A stretch of DNA of 53,602 bases from a virus (taxonomy: Duplodnaviria > Caudoviricetes): positions 1 to 53,602 of the IMG/VR virus record IMGVR_UViG_3300020044_005702. One strand, given 5' to 3'. Position 1 is the first letter of the stretch. Each line of letters opens with the position of its first letter. The position numbers were made by a program, and so were the translations under genes. Below the pieces are notes generated by a model. The model was not told the origin of the DNA. It ran no database searches and saw only the letters and a list, made by a program, of their open reading frames with translations. Shown one piece after another: positions 7,901 through 17,436 of this stretch.

Positions 7901-9879
7901 GGGTCGGCAAAGAAATTCGGTCGGAGTACTTGCCAATCAAAACGGAAGATGGCAAATTAGTTACTCGTAAAATGTCCGTTGGTTCTGTAGCTGAAACAAT
8001 TGGCATTAACACAGCAGCTAGTACAGCCACATCACGTGGTCGCATGGGGTTGTCTGGCGACTACATAATGAAATCATTTAATCAATTGCATAAAGAGATT
8101 AATGATGCAATAAAGTTAGGTGATCAATACGCATCATCGTTTGCAAAATATGTAATGCGTAATTATGACAATGAGTTTGTTGAGCGATTAAAAAAAGAAG
8201 GTATTACAAAACAGGAACTTCTTGCAACGTTTAAAGATATGGGGCGAGGTCAAGCAAACGCCTTAGGATTCTTTATTCAGCAATCATCTGGTATGCAACC
8301 TGTTGCACCTCCACGTGCAGCAGGAACAATGAATGCTACGTCGCAACCGCGTAAAACGGGATCAAATGTAGAAGAACGTGCAGTAGAATCAGCAGAACGT
8401 GCAGGTGTTATGGATGTTAAGGATACGGTTATAAAACGTAACCTTACAGCATTACAAACGTCTCTAAATACAGCACGTAATATTTTTAACGCAGAAGGTG
8501 CTGGTACGGATCGAGACGCGACAATTGAAAGGATTGTCAAGTTAACATTAGATGGTAATTCTAATCCTATTGATGCTTCAGTTCGTCCAGCATATGAAAC
8601 TGCAATACGTCAGTATGCTGAAGGATTAGTGGATGCTACTGATAATAGAGCGGATGTAGCATTCCAATTCCAAGACTCACTAAATGATTACGCACAAGAG
8701 GTAGTTGAAACAGCAAAAGCAAACGATGAAATCGTTACTAGCAAAGCCAAAGGGACTACACTTGGAATGGCCGAAGGTAAAGGCACTGCAGAAGATCTTG
8801 CTAAACGTAAACAAGACATTGTTGTCACTGCAGCATCCAAAGCATTAAAGTTAATTGGATATAGCAGAAATAGTCTTGCTATGCGATCACTTAGGGCATC
8901 AAATGTTGTTGCTACTTCAAACATTGTTGCTGCATTAGATGCCTTTAATAAGACAACGGGTTCTCGCCAAGATACTAAAAAAACGTTTTCGGATTTAGTA
9001 AGAGCGATAGCCGATGCAGAATTAGAAGGATATGGTATTCCAGATAAAGCAACAAAGGAATTTACAGCACCACAAGGAGCATATGGTGCATTAATTCAAT
9101 CTGCATTTGAAACATTACCAACGGCACAGCGCGTTAAGAAGAAAACTGAAGCAGCAAGACTCAAACGTAAAACTGCAGTTGTAAAAAGAGTGGTTGGTTC
9201 TCCAACTGTAGATACAACACCAATAGACGCAAAAACAGATACCAATAGACCTACACGTATTGTTGGTGCGAGAGGTGTTGGTGTTAAGAAGCAAGTCGAA
9301 GTTGTAGATCCTACAATGGTTAATAATGAACCAAGACGTGGTGTTAATATTAACCGTGTTGATTTAGGTTTTGGTATAACAGCTAGAATTCCTAAAGGAC
9401 AGTCAGCACAAAACGATGCTAATTCAAGAAAGTGGTTAGCGTTTGCAGCGGAAGTAAAACAAGCAATTCCAAATGATTTATCAGCGGATGAAAAAGCAGC
9501 ATTGTTTTTGTCATTACTACAAACTGCCCGTGATCCTAAAGTTGATCCCTCAAAATATTGGGATATGTTTGAATATGTAGATGAAAACACACGCAAAGGT
9601 TTCACACAGAGGCAGGGTAAACCACTGGATATGGATCGATTAATGAGGGATCTGGATCCAGAAGAAATTGCTGAACTGAAACGAGTGGCTGCCAAAGTGG
9701 CTAAGTCAAAAGGGTTAGCAATACCAGAGGTTAAAGTTCCAGCTAAACCAGCTCCAGTAAAAAAACCTACTAAATCAAATGTACGCGGTAAAGGTAGTGC
9801 TGCTGGTGCAACTGGAATAACATCTCTACTGTCGTTACTCCCCGGTCTCGATAAAATATTACGTGGAGAAAATAAATGA
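4930..9879 (+). CDS. Large hypothetical protein, 1649 aa, possible internal virion protein
   Basis: Long ORF with Pro/Thr/Lys-rich ends and a helical-looking core; no catalytic motif recognised. Confidence 0.8.
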   Translation: MASTLYNMMVEEEENKPVSASRQLRTAKPSLKKKTETPKVEAKPTPPAEKPVEATPTEAEQPRTMADVTKTMGAVDPTTVQPQQLGIGQLSAGDITGTVAPTGEDDDIIRTFLKPYEKFRAPGNIAGVTKAATKTPAQSMMFEEAQRRIASYKPTTAMPGAAEQQTESAPAYVGPGTRPAPVETPDVSGSRWTTEGFVPDALEYFGQPFASEKQRPRKPKPDAGFSAFMASATPGSTVSQPEKMVSPFEPRVGDTTPKPSTEFTELDPDGLRESFVGREMPTLTTVAQLKNSLQSQVSLQRAVRTILNQPQLDTNNPMYRVMRAYMDVVDNPNSTNDQRALVKDGLLGVAAYFDDAKKGKLNNDAFQQAVDLIQLSGKTDSTSKGAMTVSPALTAAMERDDVFGAKFGEGKEATERRAGLRFDTVYSGIKKSIQDTAMSVFQKRNVSQQPAAMAASEWARSALGPLFIDTQDSSALTWAESHPLRDRLASDIYTQVQPQFYGKPLTQAFNFAEMTQNSNVFARRFGGQFNLRSTLEQLTNPNYKGREREYVEAIAKAGEFEAQGKMKEAAEAVADFYTTEALKLKYNVDDVEGYTSGRGIDVTTGATAGLRSAQRDFLVGEDRKALIRGAETPRSGLTPTQLIGALLGEQGVDEGLFGFAAPRYATPEVLTTGIDTSGAKATNMKLAAHPNKTLTVVSASGKPLSTRERMELRILQEQLNRSSDPEKTLEAIKEQRGVTEGKKLIGDFEIGFTTTSTAAVEQDEFSDLRIGARKIKRGDSASLDSVISDIKLYMRLPEGEDGVPFVDKQHEEMYEYAKKTRDDIAKNLDSYERQGEIYVKVGGDSKRGLPEQISVDQYQSLNLARQSLNELISTADQMRDNLGQSGITAGFKIKPDGSPDLLAPKPVGGKQRLNQTLALLDGYGQGVQGIDMRRFFEGINLEGKRDIVQMAPIDRNGNIIRDPLAKGLTKQYEVNPDGSVDVIVYEKVDTRVGKEIRSEYLPIKTEDGKLVTRKMSVGSVAETIGINTAASTATSRGRMGLSGDYIMKSFNQLHKEINDAIKLGDQYASSFAKYVMRNYDNEFVERLKKEGITKQELLATFKDMGRGQANALGFFIQQSSGMQPVAPPRAAGTMNATSQPRKTGSNVEERAVESAERAGVMDVKDTVIKRNLTALQTSLNTARNIFNAEGAGTDRDATIERIVKLTLDGNSNPIDASVRPAYETAIRQYAEGLVDATDNRADVAFQFQDSLNDYAQEVVETAKANDEIVTSKAKGTTLGMAEGKGTAEDLAKRKQDIVVTAASKALKLIGYSRNSLAMRSLRASNVVATSNIVAALDAFNKTTGSRQDTKKTFSDLVRAIADAELEGYGIPDKATKEFTAPQGAYGALIQSAFETLPTAQRVKKKTEAARLKRKTAVVKRVVGSPTVDTTPIDAKTDTNRPTRIVGARGVGVKKQVEVVDPTMVNNEPRRGVNINRVDLGFGITARIPKGQSAQNDANSRKWLAFAAEVKQAIPNDLSADEKAALFLSLLQTARDPKVDPSKYWDMFEYVDENTRKGFTQRQGKPLDMDRLMRDLDPEEIAELKRVAAKVAKSKGLAIPEVKVPAKPAPVKKPTKSNVRGKGSAAGATGITSLLSLLPGLDKILRGENK

Positions 9880-10733
9880 AAGAAAAAACAACAAAGAAAA
9901 CTCATCGTGAAAAAGATGATGAGACAAATGATAGGTTACGTTTACTCAGTATCATAGCCAGTAATGCAGTGCCGTTTGCGTCGGCAATACCGGGTAAACC
10001 AAATGCTGCAATGCTGAAAAAAATGTCTCAAGGTTTTCAGCCACCACCGCCAATCCTACCAAGCATTGGTGCAGACGTACCATTTTATGGTGGGCAAGTA
10101 CCACAAATGGCTCGTGCGTTTTCTCCAGGTGCTACACGTGATGAACGGTTAAATACTGTATTGCAGAATGTAACGCGATTTGGTGTAGATCAAGGAAGTG
10201 ATGCTGCATTACGAGTTGGTATAGCATTGGCTCAATCACGTGGTGTACCAATCAACCCACTTGTTAGCAATGCTGCATTCTTTGGAAAAAATCTTGTAAT
10301 GAACCCCGTATATGGTGCAATGGACAAGGCTATTTGGAATAACAATCTGGGCACAAAGGCAGCTGATGCTATAAAGCCTATTGACGACTTAATAAATAAC
10401 TCAAATTTACAGACAACATATAGCCAAATCTTGCCATTGTTAAAAGCATATGCAGATAGTCAGATTGGCAATACAAATAAGACAGATTTGCAAGAGGGTG
10501 TACTAGAAGCAGATAGGCGTATGGATATTGCAGATATTTTCCCTAAAAATATGCGCCCTGCAGTTCGCGACGTGACTCAATCGGTAAGTGAAGATTACAA
10601 AGACGTATCGTCACAAATAGAGACTGTAGCAAAAGGAACTAAACCCTTTGCAAAACAATTTAAAAAGGTGTTTTTAGATACTTTGCGCAATACAACAGTT
10701 CCTATGGCTGGTCCAATGATAGGCAGGAAATGA
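9876..10733 (+). CDS. Hypothetical protein, 285 aa
   Basis: Start and stop overlap both neighbours by 4 nt; GGAG SD. Confidence 0.75.
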   Translation: MKEKTTKKTHREKDDETNDRLRLLSIIASNAVPFASAIPGKPNAAMLKKMSQGFQPPPPILPSIGADVPFYGGQVPQMARAFSPGATRDERLNTVLQNVTRFGVDQGSDAALRVGIALAQSRGVPINPLVSNAAFFGKNLVMNPVYGAMDKAIWNNNLGTKAADAIKPIDDLINNSNLQTTYSQILPLLKAYADSQIGNTNKTDLQEGVLEADRRMDIADIFPKNMRPAVRDVTQSVSEDYKDVSSQIETVAKGTKPFAKQFKKVFLDTLRNTTVPMAGPMIGRK

Positions 10734-11464
10734 CAACAGAGAAGAGAGTTCGTACGTTACCTAATGGTGCTGAAATCAAATTATGTGTAGCTACAAAACG
10801 TGATGGAACACAATGCAATAACATTGCTGTAACTGGACGCGAATATTGCAATCATCATGGCGGAAAAGCATTAGTTGGTATAGACAGTCCGCAGTTTAAA
10901 ACAGGGTTATGGTCAAAACAAAGGCGGCGATTTAGTCAGGTCGCACCAACATTATTAAAGCGTATTGATGAATTAAGGGAAGACCCTGAGTTATTTTCAC
11001 TGCGTGATGACGCTGCGTATCTAACAGCATTAATGGATGTTCGGGCAGAAGCTGCGAGTAACGGTATATCTGTCGAACATTACGAAACAATTCGTGATCA
11101 GATAAAAATATGTAAAGCTGCACCTGACGAAGAATCATTTAGTAAAGCATTTAAGCAGCTAGAAAAACATGTTAATGATGGAATAGATGTCTACAGGGCT
11201 AGTCAGGACGTAGTTCAGCTCATTGACAAACGTACTGAAATTGTTGAAGCCGAAGCTCGCATGATGCACACAAAAGCATACACATTAGAGGTAGATCAAG
11301 CATATAGTCTTGCAATGCAGATTTTAGGCGTAGTAAAAAAATGCGTACGTAATGCAGATGAACTATCAGCAATTAAAGTTGGATTCTCGCAGTTATTAAA
11401 ACAGTATCAACAAGAAGATATTGTTGACGCGGAGATAGTTGATGAGCAAGATAGCACTGAGTAA
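10730..11464 (+). CDS. terS: Probable terminase small subunit with HGGxSTG-type Cys/His domain
   Basis: CVATKRDGTQC...YCNHHGG...FKTGLWS N-terminal domain, helical remainder, directly upstream of terL. Confidence 0.7.
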   Translation: MTTEKRVRTLPNGAEIKLCVATKRDGTQCNNIAVTGREYCNHHGGKALVGIDSPQFKTGLWSKQRRRFSQVAPTLLKRIDELREDPELFSLRDDAAYLTALMDVRAEAASNGISVEHYETIRDQIKICKAAPDEESFSKAFKQLEKHVNDGIDVYRASQDVVQLIDKRTEIVEAEARMMHTKAYTLEVDQAYSLAMQILGVVKKCVRNADELSAIKVGFSQLLKQYQQEDIVDAEIVDEQDSTE

Positions 11465-13187
11465 AGCAGCACCACGCGCTTTCCGTAAATATGTAAAGCC
11501 TACTAAGCCGTTGGCTGTTGCTTTACTTGAAGCATTAGAAGATGAGTTGCAACAAGCGATAGAAGTTGGTGATTATGATAATGGCATTGCAACTAAATTA
11601 ACGGGGCACGAATTACCATATGAGTCATGGTTGTCTGCCTATGCACCTCATGCAGCCAGTAGTAAACTTGCAGAGCATCATCATCGAGCATGGCAGTGGG
11701 CTGAGGCACTGGAACCGGGGATGTCACCCGCAGCCCTGATAGAGTGTTGGTTCCGTGGTGGTGGTAAAAGTACCACCATGGAGCTTATTGTTAGCCGATT
11801 GGCAGTCAAGGCAACGAGGCGCTTTGTTGTTTATGTGTGCGCTACACAGGACATGGCGGACAGGCACGTACAAGATATTGCTACTGCAATGGAACGATGC
11901 GGAATAGAACGAGCTGTAAATAAATATGGTTTTAGTCGTGGCTGGAATGCATCTAAACTGCGAACAGCTAATGGATTTAACGTTTTGGCGTTCGGGTTAG
12001 ACACAGGCGCTCGTGGTGTGAAGTTAGATCACCTGCGTCCAGACATGATTATCCTTGACGACATTGACGAGTTAGATGATTCTGTTAATGCTGTTGATAA
12101 AAAAATCCGTACTATCACACAAACAATTCTTCCAGCCAGAAGTACTGACTGTGCTGTCGTATTTGTACAAAACAGGATTCATGCAAACAGTGTAATGTCA
12201 CACGTGCTTAGCGGTGAGCTAGACATGTTGCAAAACCGCATACAGTCGCCGATAGTACCAGCAATTAAAGATCTACAGTACGACACGTTTGAACGTGAGG
12301 ACGGTCGCGTTGGTTACAAGATCACATCAGGTACGCCAATGTGGGAGCATAAAACTGTAGAGGTTTGTCAACATGAAATCGACACCTATGGATTAATGTC
12401 GTTCCTGCGTGAATGCCAGCACGAAGTGGGTGTAGGTGGATTATTCTTTAATACCTTTAGGGAGTACTCTTCTGATGGACAACCATGGCATGTAGTTGAA
12501 AGTGTAGACATACAACCGTGGTGGAGAGTATGGGGAAGTCATGACTTTGGTACAGGAGCGCCTGCTTGTTTTTTACTGTATGCGAGTGACGACAGTGAAA
12601 ACATATATGTAATTGGCGAAATGTATGAACAAGGCCTAGTCAGCTCAGCACAGGCGCAACGAGTATTAGATGTGTTAGACAAATACAAAATGGGTGAACC
12701 GTCTAATACTAAACTGCGTGATGGTAAATGGAACACTAAGTTAGAGGCTATAGCTTTTGACTGGGCAAATACTTTTCCGCCACAAAAAGCTGAAGAACGC
12801 ATAGGTGAATATCCAGTTGAGGTTTGGTGGGAGCGTGGACTACCAGCTGTTCGTGCCGTAAAAGATCGCAAGGCTGGATGGAGGCGAGTCAAAGAATGGC
12901 TTGACGCGTCGTCAATTGTTAATGGAACTCCCAAGCCTAAATTACAAATAGTGCGTGGGGCATGCCCAAACTTAATCAAGCAACTTGCAAACACTATGGC
13001 TCATCCACGAGATCCAGAAGATATTGATAGTGGTACTAAGAATGATCACGCTATTGATAGTTTTAGATATGGTGTAATGTGGCGTGAGTTTCCTGTTACA
13101 TGTCCTGAGACTGGTTTAGACGGAAAACGTAATACAAACTATGTACCTAAATGGCTAGACAAGGGTAATAATAAGGAATGGATTTGA
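11442..13187 (+). CDS. terL: Terminase large subunit
   Basis: Walker A FRGGGKST, Walker B MIILDD, nuclease motifs GSHDFG and NDHAIDSFRYG; ATG 11442 chosen from the GGAG SD at 11431. Confidence 0.93.
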   Translation: MSKIALSKAAPRAFRKYVKPTKPLAVALLEALEDELQQAIEVGDYDNGIATKLTGHELPYESWLSAYAPHAASSKLAEHHHRAWQWAEALEPGMSPAALIECWFRGGGKSTTMELIVSRLAVKATRRFVVYVCATQDMADRHVQDIATAMERCGIERAVNKYGFSRGWNASKLRTANGFNVLAFGLDTGARGVKLDHLRPDMIILDDIDELDDSVNAVDKKIRTITQTILPARSTDCAVVFVQNRIHANSVMSHVLSGELDMLQNRIQSPIVPAIKDLQYDTFEREDGRVGYKITSGTPMWEHKTVEVCQHEIDTYGLMSFLRECQHEVGVGGLFFNTFREYSSDGQPWHVVESVDIQPWWRVWGSHDFGTGAPACFLLYASDDSENIYVIGEMYEQGLVSSAQAQRVLDVLDKYKMGEPSNTKLRDGKWNTKLEAIAFDWANTFPPQKAEERIGEYPVEVWWERGLPAVRAVKDRKAGWRRVKEWLDASSIVNGTPKPKLQIVRGACPNLIKQLANTMAHPRDPEDIDSGTKNDHAIDSFRYGVMWREFPVTCPETGLDGKRNTNYVPKWLDKGNNKEWI

Positions 13188-13336
13188 TCCCAGTACTATT
13201 CATTATGATTATCGGCACATTAGTTACGGGTATAGCTCATGTTGTACTTATGTATAAACTGATTGTGTGTCTAGAAAAAATAAAAGACGAGCGTGTATTG
13301 ATTGCGCAGATAAACAGCGCGGAAAAGTGGGTGTAA
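13178..13336 (+). CDS. Small single-pass membrane protein, 52 aa
   Basis: Translated by hand: MDLIPVLFIMIIGTLVTGIAHVVLMYKLIVCLEKIKDERVLIAQINSAEKWV; fills the terL-portal gap exactly. Confidence 0.7.
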   Translation: MDLIPVLFIMIIGTLVTGIAHVVLMYKLIVCLEKIKDERVLIAQINSAEKWV

Positions 13337-13339
13337 AAA

Positions 13340-15541
13340 ATGGATCTACGCAGTATGGTCATGCAAAGTCTACAGAACAATCAACCTAAGGTTAGTGCGT
13401 TTGAGCGTAAGGACGTAACTGGCACAATAGGATCGTTTCCTCTCAAGAGTGTTGCGACAGAAAATAAAGACAATTTAAAACTAGACCTAGATAATAAAGA
13501 CTGGAAGGTCAGTCCAAAAGATGATCCAGATGAAGCAAAAAAGATAACTACGTTCATTAAAGAACAGTTTGATATTGCATACCGTTCTAGGCAAGAGATG
13601 GAATTAGAATGGGTAATGGCAACGGCTTTCTTTGAAGGACGGCAATGGTTACGAATTAATAGTCAGACACGCAATTTGATACAGTTGCAGAACCCAAACG
13701 AGCCAAATAGATATATGACGGTAAATAAAATCAGGCCGTTAATTGATGGAGTAGTTGGTAAATTAACACAGTGCGCACCAGATGTGTCTGCCGTACCTAT
13801 TAGTCACAACCCAGTAGATCTAGCAGCTTCTGACGAAGCAAACTATCTGCTAAGTCACTACAACCGTAAATATGATCGCGAGACACAGACTAAAGAGCGT
13901 GTGCGCTGGGCATGCGTTTGTGGAACATCATACGTTAAAGTTTTCTGGGATAACAATAGAGAGCAAGTAGTACCACAAATGGATGCTACTGCTCAAGAAG
14001 TTGTTGGCCATACTAAAATGCGTGTTGGTGATGTAGTCGAACAAATCCTTCCAGCCTTTGATGTGTATCTTGATCCAACAGCAAAACGAGATGACGACGT
14101 CCGTTGGATGATGCATGCAATGGTTAAACCTCTTTCGTGGTTTGTTGATTCTTACGGAGAGGCTGGAAAAGCTGTCAAGCCAGATGCAATGTCTGGTGTT
14201 AATAGTGGTTACGTTGATAGTTATCTTCATGGCACTAACGGTTCTGGTCGAGGTTGGGTCCCACCATCTACAGCCAACTTGACTAATCAAGACACTAAAA
14301 AGATGGCAGCTGTTGTGTATGAGTATTGGGAAAAACCATCCGCACTTTATCCAGAAGGTCGCTACATAGTTTCAACAAACAGTTGTTTATTGTATGCGGG
14401 TGTATGGCCATACAAGAAGAAAGATGCTTTCCCATTTATCCCATTAAGGTGGCAACCAAGAGCAGGGACACCGTATGGTTATTCTTTGGGATTTGATTTG
14501 ACTGCTCTTCAGTCAACTTATAATCGTGTTTATTCTCGTCTTCTTGAACAGTTTGAAGGACAAAAAGACTATATTCTTGTAGAGAATTTAAGTGGAGTGG
14601 GCGCTGATGCTTACGACAACAGTGGTGATGATATTGATGATAAGAATCGTATTTATCGTCGCATTAATTACATGCGTGGAAGTCATCCTCCAACCATACA
14701 ACGCGCACCGGGCATCGGTTCCGACTTGTTCCCATTGTTGCAATTTATAGAACGCGACATGATGGATATAGCTGGGCTACATGATGTTTCGCAAGGCCAA
14801 GCAGCTGCGGGTACACCTGCAGAGGCAGTCAGGCTATTACAACGTAGCGATAACACACAGCATTCGTTTATACGTGCTGACATCGAAATTAGTGCAGCTA
14901 AAATTAAAGAGTGGGAAGTAGCCCTTGTCGAACAGTTTGGCATTGTCCCATTTGTAGGAAATATACAGGGGAAGATGCTTCCACAGGATCAAATCCGTCA
15001 AGGTGTTATGCGATTTGATGCATTAAAGTCTGGTGGGCAGTTCAGGATTGTATATATTCCCGGTTCATCTATGGAGGATAGCCCGGATCAACGTCTGCAA
15101 AAAATGGCTGCGTTGCGCCAAATGGGTGTGTTCGGTGACCCATTAGATCCTGACACAAACCGTTTATTTGTAGAATTAACTAACATGCCACATGCTTCAC
15201 GCATTTATCAGCATTTAGATGTACAAGCTCAAAAGCAACAGCAAATGCAAGAGCAACAAATGATGATGATGCAACAGCAACAACAAATGGAAGCTATGAA
15301 GGGTGCAAAACAGTTTGACCCTGAAGCAGAACAGATGAAGGCAACAATTGAAGTACAAAAACGTACAGCTGAAATACAAGCTCAGCTAGAAGCAGACATT
15401 GCATTAGAATCCGCAAAGGCTGGTATACAAGCAGCAGCCAATGAGGATGGTGCAATAACCGACCTTGGTAAGCAACGTTTGATGCAAACCATGGGGCCAG
15501 AACAGGCTGGCACAAATTTAGAACAAGAAGGTATGATGTAA
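13340..15541 (+). CDS. Portal protein (P22-like, with Gln-rich C-terminal barrel)
   Basis: FFEGRQW, TVNKIRPLID, IAGLHDVSQG motifs; coiled-coil Q/M-rich tail; position after terL. Confidence 0.9.
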   Translation: MDLRSMVMQSLQNNQPKVSAFERKDVTGTIGSFPLKSVATENKDNLKLDLDNKDWKVSPKDDPDEAKKITTFIKEQFDIAYRSRQEMELEWVMATAFFEGRQWLRINSQTRNLIQLQNPNEPNRYMTVNKIRPLIDGVVGKLTQCAPDVSAVPISHNPVDLAASDEANYLLSHYNRKYDRETQTKERVRWACVCGTSYVKVFWDNNREQVVPQMDATAQEVVGHTKMRVGDVVEQILPAFDVYLDPTAKRDDDVRWMMHAMVKPLSWFVDSYGEAGKAVKPDAMSGVNSGYVDSYLHGTNGSGRGWVPPSTANLTNQDTKKMAAVVYEYWEKPSALYPEGRYIVSTNSCLLYAGVWPYKKKDAFPFIPLRWQPRAGTPYGYSLGFDLTALQSTYNRVYSRLLEQFEGQKDYILVENLSGVGADAYDNSGDDIDDKNRIYRRINYMRGSHPPTIQRAPGIGSDLFPLLQFIERDMMDIAGLHDVSQGQAAAGTPAEAVRLLQRSDNTQHSFIRADIEISAAKIKEWEVALVEQFGIVPFVGNIQGKMLPQDQIRQGVMRFDALKSGGQFRIVYIPGSSMEDSPDQRLQKMAALRQMGVFGDPLDPDTNRLFVELTNMPHASRIYQHLDVQAQKQQQMQEQQMMMMQQQQQMEAMKGAKQFDPEAEQMKATIEVQKRTAEIQAQLEADIALESAKAGIQAAANEDGAITDLGKQRLMQTMGPEQAGTNLEQEGMM

Positions 15542-16402
15542 ATGTCCGAGGAGATGGTGACACGAACCGCTGATTCGCCAGCAGCGGCAACGGGCAGTGC
15601 GGGTGGTGCATTAATGGATTTTGTCAGAGAGGCCGCCGTTCCTGACAATAGTAGTGACTGGGCGTTAAACGAACCTACAGAGCCAGTAAGTAATCACCTT
15701 GATGTCGAGCAATCTGTCGATCTTGACCAAAGTCAAGTTGAGACACGAGTTAGGCAGAAACTATTAGATACAGTTGCTCCAGAGCAACCATCTAATGTTC
15801 CGTATGAACGATTTCGAGAAGTTAACGAAGAAGCAAAAGCTTTAAAACAACAACAAGAAGCGTTTTCACGGTGGGCTGATGTTATTAATCAGTTTGAAAA
15901 TAGCGGTTTCAAATCTGCGGCTGATGTTCAAAAAGCATTACAGCAACAGGAAATTGCTAAACAAGAACAGGCGATACGTAATCGTTGGACTGACAAGATT
16001 GCAACAGATTACATTGACCCTGATGCTGCAAATGCATATGCCGAAGCTGAAATAAATAAGTTTCGGTATGACCAAGTTGTTTCTCAAATGAATAACTATA
16101 TGGTCACTCAACAAAGAGTTGAGGCATTTGAGCAATTCCCATATGCACGTCGAGCAGAAGACGTAGTTGATCAATTAATCCAGTCAGGTATTGCTCCAAC
16201 TGAAGCAGCTAGAGCAGTACACAATCAAGTACAAGGATTAGTAGAGTCACTCGTCCCTGAATTGCTCGATCTTGTAAATGAACGACGAACAGTACCAACA
16301 CCAATTGATACGAGTTCTTCAGCACAACCAGTAGTACAGCCCCAGCAACCACAGCGAAATGCATTATCAGGAATAACGCGATTGCTTGGTATTGGGCGTT
16401 AG
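15542..16402 (+). CDS. Capsid scaffolding protein
   Basis: Between portal and capsid; acidic and helical; VPYERFREVNEE motif typical of phage scaffolds; basic C-terminal tip. Confidence 0.8.
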   Translation: MSEEMVTRTADSPAAATGSAGGALMDFVREAAVPDNSSDWALNEPTEPVSNHLDVEQSVDLDQSQVETRVRQKLLDTVAPEQPSNVPYERFREVNEEAKALKQQQEAFSRWADVINQFENSGFKSAADVQKALQQQEIAKQEQAIRNRWTDKIATDYIDPDAANAYAEAEINKFRYDQVVSQMNNYMVTQQRVEAFEQFPYARRAEDVVDQLIQSGIAPTEAARAVHNQVQGLVESLVPELLDLVNERRTVPTPIDTSSSAQPVVQPQQPQRNALSGITRLLGIGR

Positions 16403-16411
16403 GAGTAACCA

Positions 16412-17425
16412 ATGGCTATCGATTTTAACGGTGCACTTACACTCGCAGATCAAGCTGTCCTTTCAAACGATCCTCTTGTAAAAGAAATCACCATGTCACT
16501 GCACCAGACATGGAACGCAATCAAGGACATCCCTTTCTACACATCGCCTTCCTTACGGCAGGTTGGTGTTCGCTACACGAACGAATCTGGCACAATCCCA
16601 ATGCCGACGTGGTCTACTATTAATGGTGAACCAAACGCGGTTAAGGGTAAGCCAAAGTCGTACGAAGAGCAGATGTATCTCATCCGTAACAAGATTACGG
16701 TTGACTCTCGTTTGCTTGATCAGCCAAACAATATCATCGACCCCGTAGAAGCACAGATCAAGATCTTCTTAGAAGGTTTTGCTTATGATTTCAACGATAA
16801 ATTTATCAACAACGACCCTACGTCGGTTGCTGCTGGTAATAGCCCAGATTGTTTTCCGGGTTTACGTTATCGTTTAGAAAACCGTGCAATGTTTGACATT
16901 CCGGCTGACTGTCTTATTCAGCCAGCATCTACACTTGCATCCCTTGACACGACTTCTACATACAATGCTCTTGAAGCTAATGGAACTATGTCTGCACTGC
17001 AAGAGATGTTTGATAACTTGAATGCACCTGACGGTACTGGTGTTGTCCTGTACATGAATGAAGAAACAAAGCGTCGCTTTGAGTTTATTATTCGTGCACT
17101 TGGATCCGGTACTGGTTTTGATGCTAACAAGGACGCATTTGACCGTAATGTTGATTCTTTTAAGGGTGCTAAGATCCGTACTGTTGGACGTAAAGTTGAC
17201 GGTACTACGCCAGTCATTAGTGCTCCTGTCAACTTTGCTGATATCTACGCTGTTCGTTATGGCACTGGTTACGTACAGGGTTGGCAGTCTGGTCCATTCA
17301 AGCCTGAGTATTTAGGCAAGTCGAAGGAAAATGGCATTATGCATAACGTCCTATTCGACTGGGGTATGGGTCTCTGGATGCCTAACACACGTTCCCTCGC
17401 ACGTTTACGTGTGGCTACCAACTAA
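16412..17425 (+). CDS. Major capsid protein (HK97 fold inferred)
   Basis: 337 aa after the scaffold; strong AGGAG SD; ALTLAD start, FINND..FPGL, IYAVRYG and SLARL patterns of podoviral capsid proteins. Confidence 0.85.
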   Translation: MAIDFNGALTLADQAVLSNDPLVKEITMSLHQTWNAIKDIPFYTSPSLRQVGVRYTNESGTIPMPTWSTINGEPNAVKGKPKSYEEQMYLIRNKITVDSRLLDQPNNIIDPVEAQIKIFLEGFAYDFNDKFINNDPTSVAAGNSPDCFPGLRYRLENRAMFDIPADCLIQPASTLASLDTTSTYNALEANGTMSALQEMFDNLNAPDGTGVVLYMNEETKRRFEFIIRALGSGTGFDANKDAFDRNVDSFKGAKIRTVGRKVDGTTPVISAPVNFADIYAVRYGTGYVQGWQSGPFKPEYLGKSKENGIMHNVLFDWGMGLWMPNTRSLARLRVATN

Positions 17426-17436
17426 GGAGAAATAAC

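Noticed and set aside
9096-9905. 269-aa antisense ORF and the many other antisense or nested ORFs
   Set aside because: They mirror long sense genes codon for codon and lack RBSs or recognisable motifs.
15225-15300. Poly-Gln/Met tract in the portal as a slippage locus
   Set aside because: Mixed codons; consistent with the ordinary coiled-coil barrel of P22-like portals.
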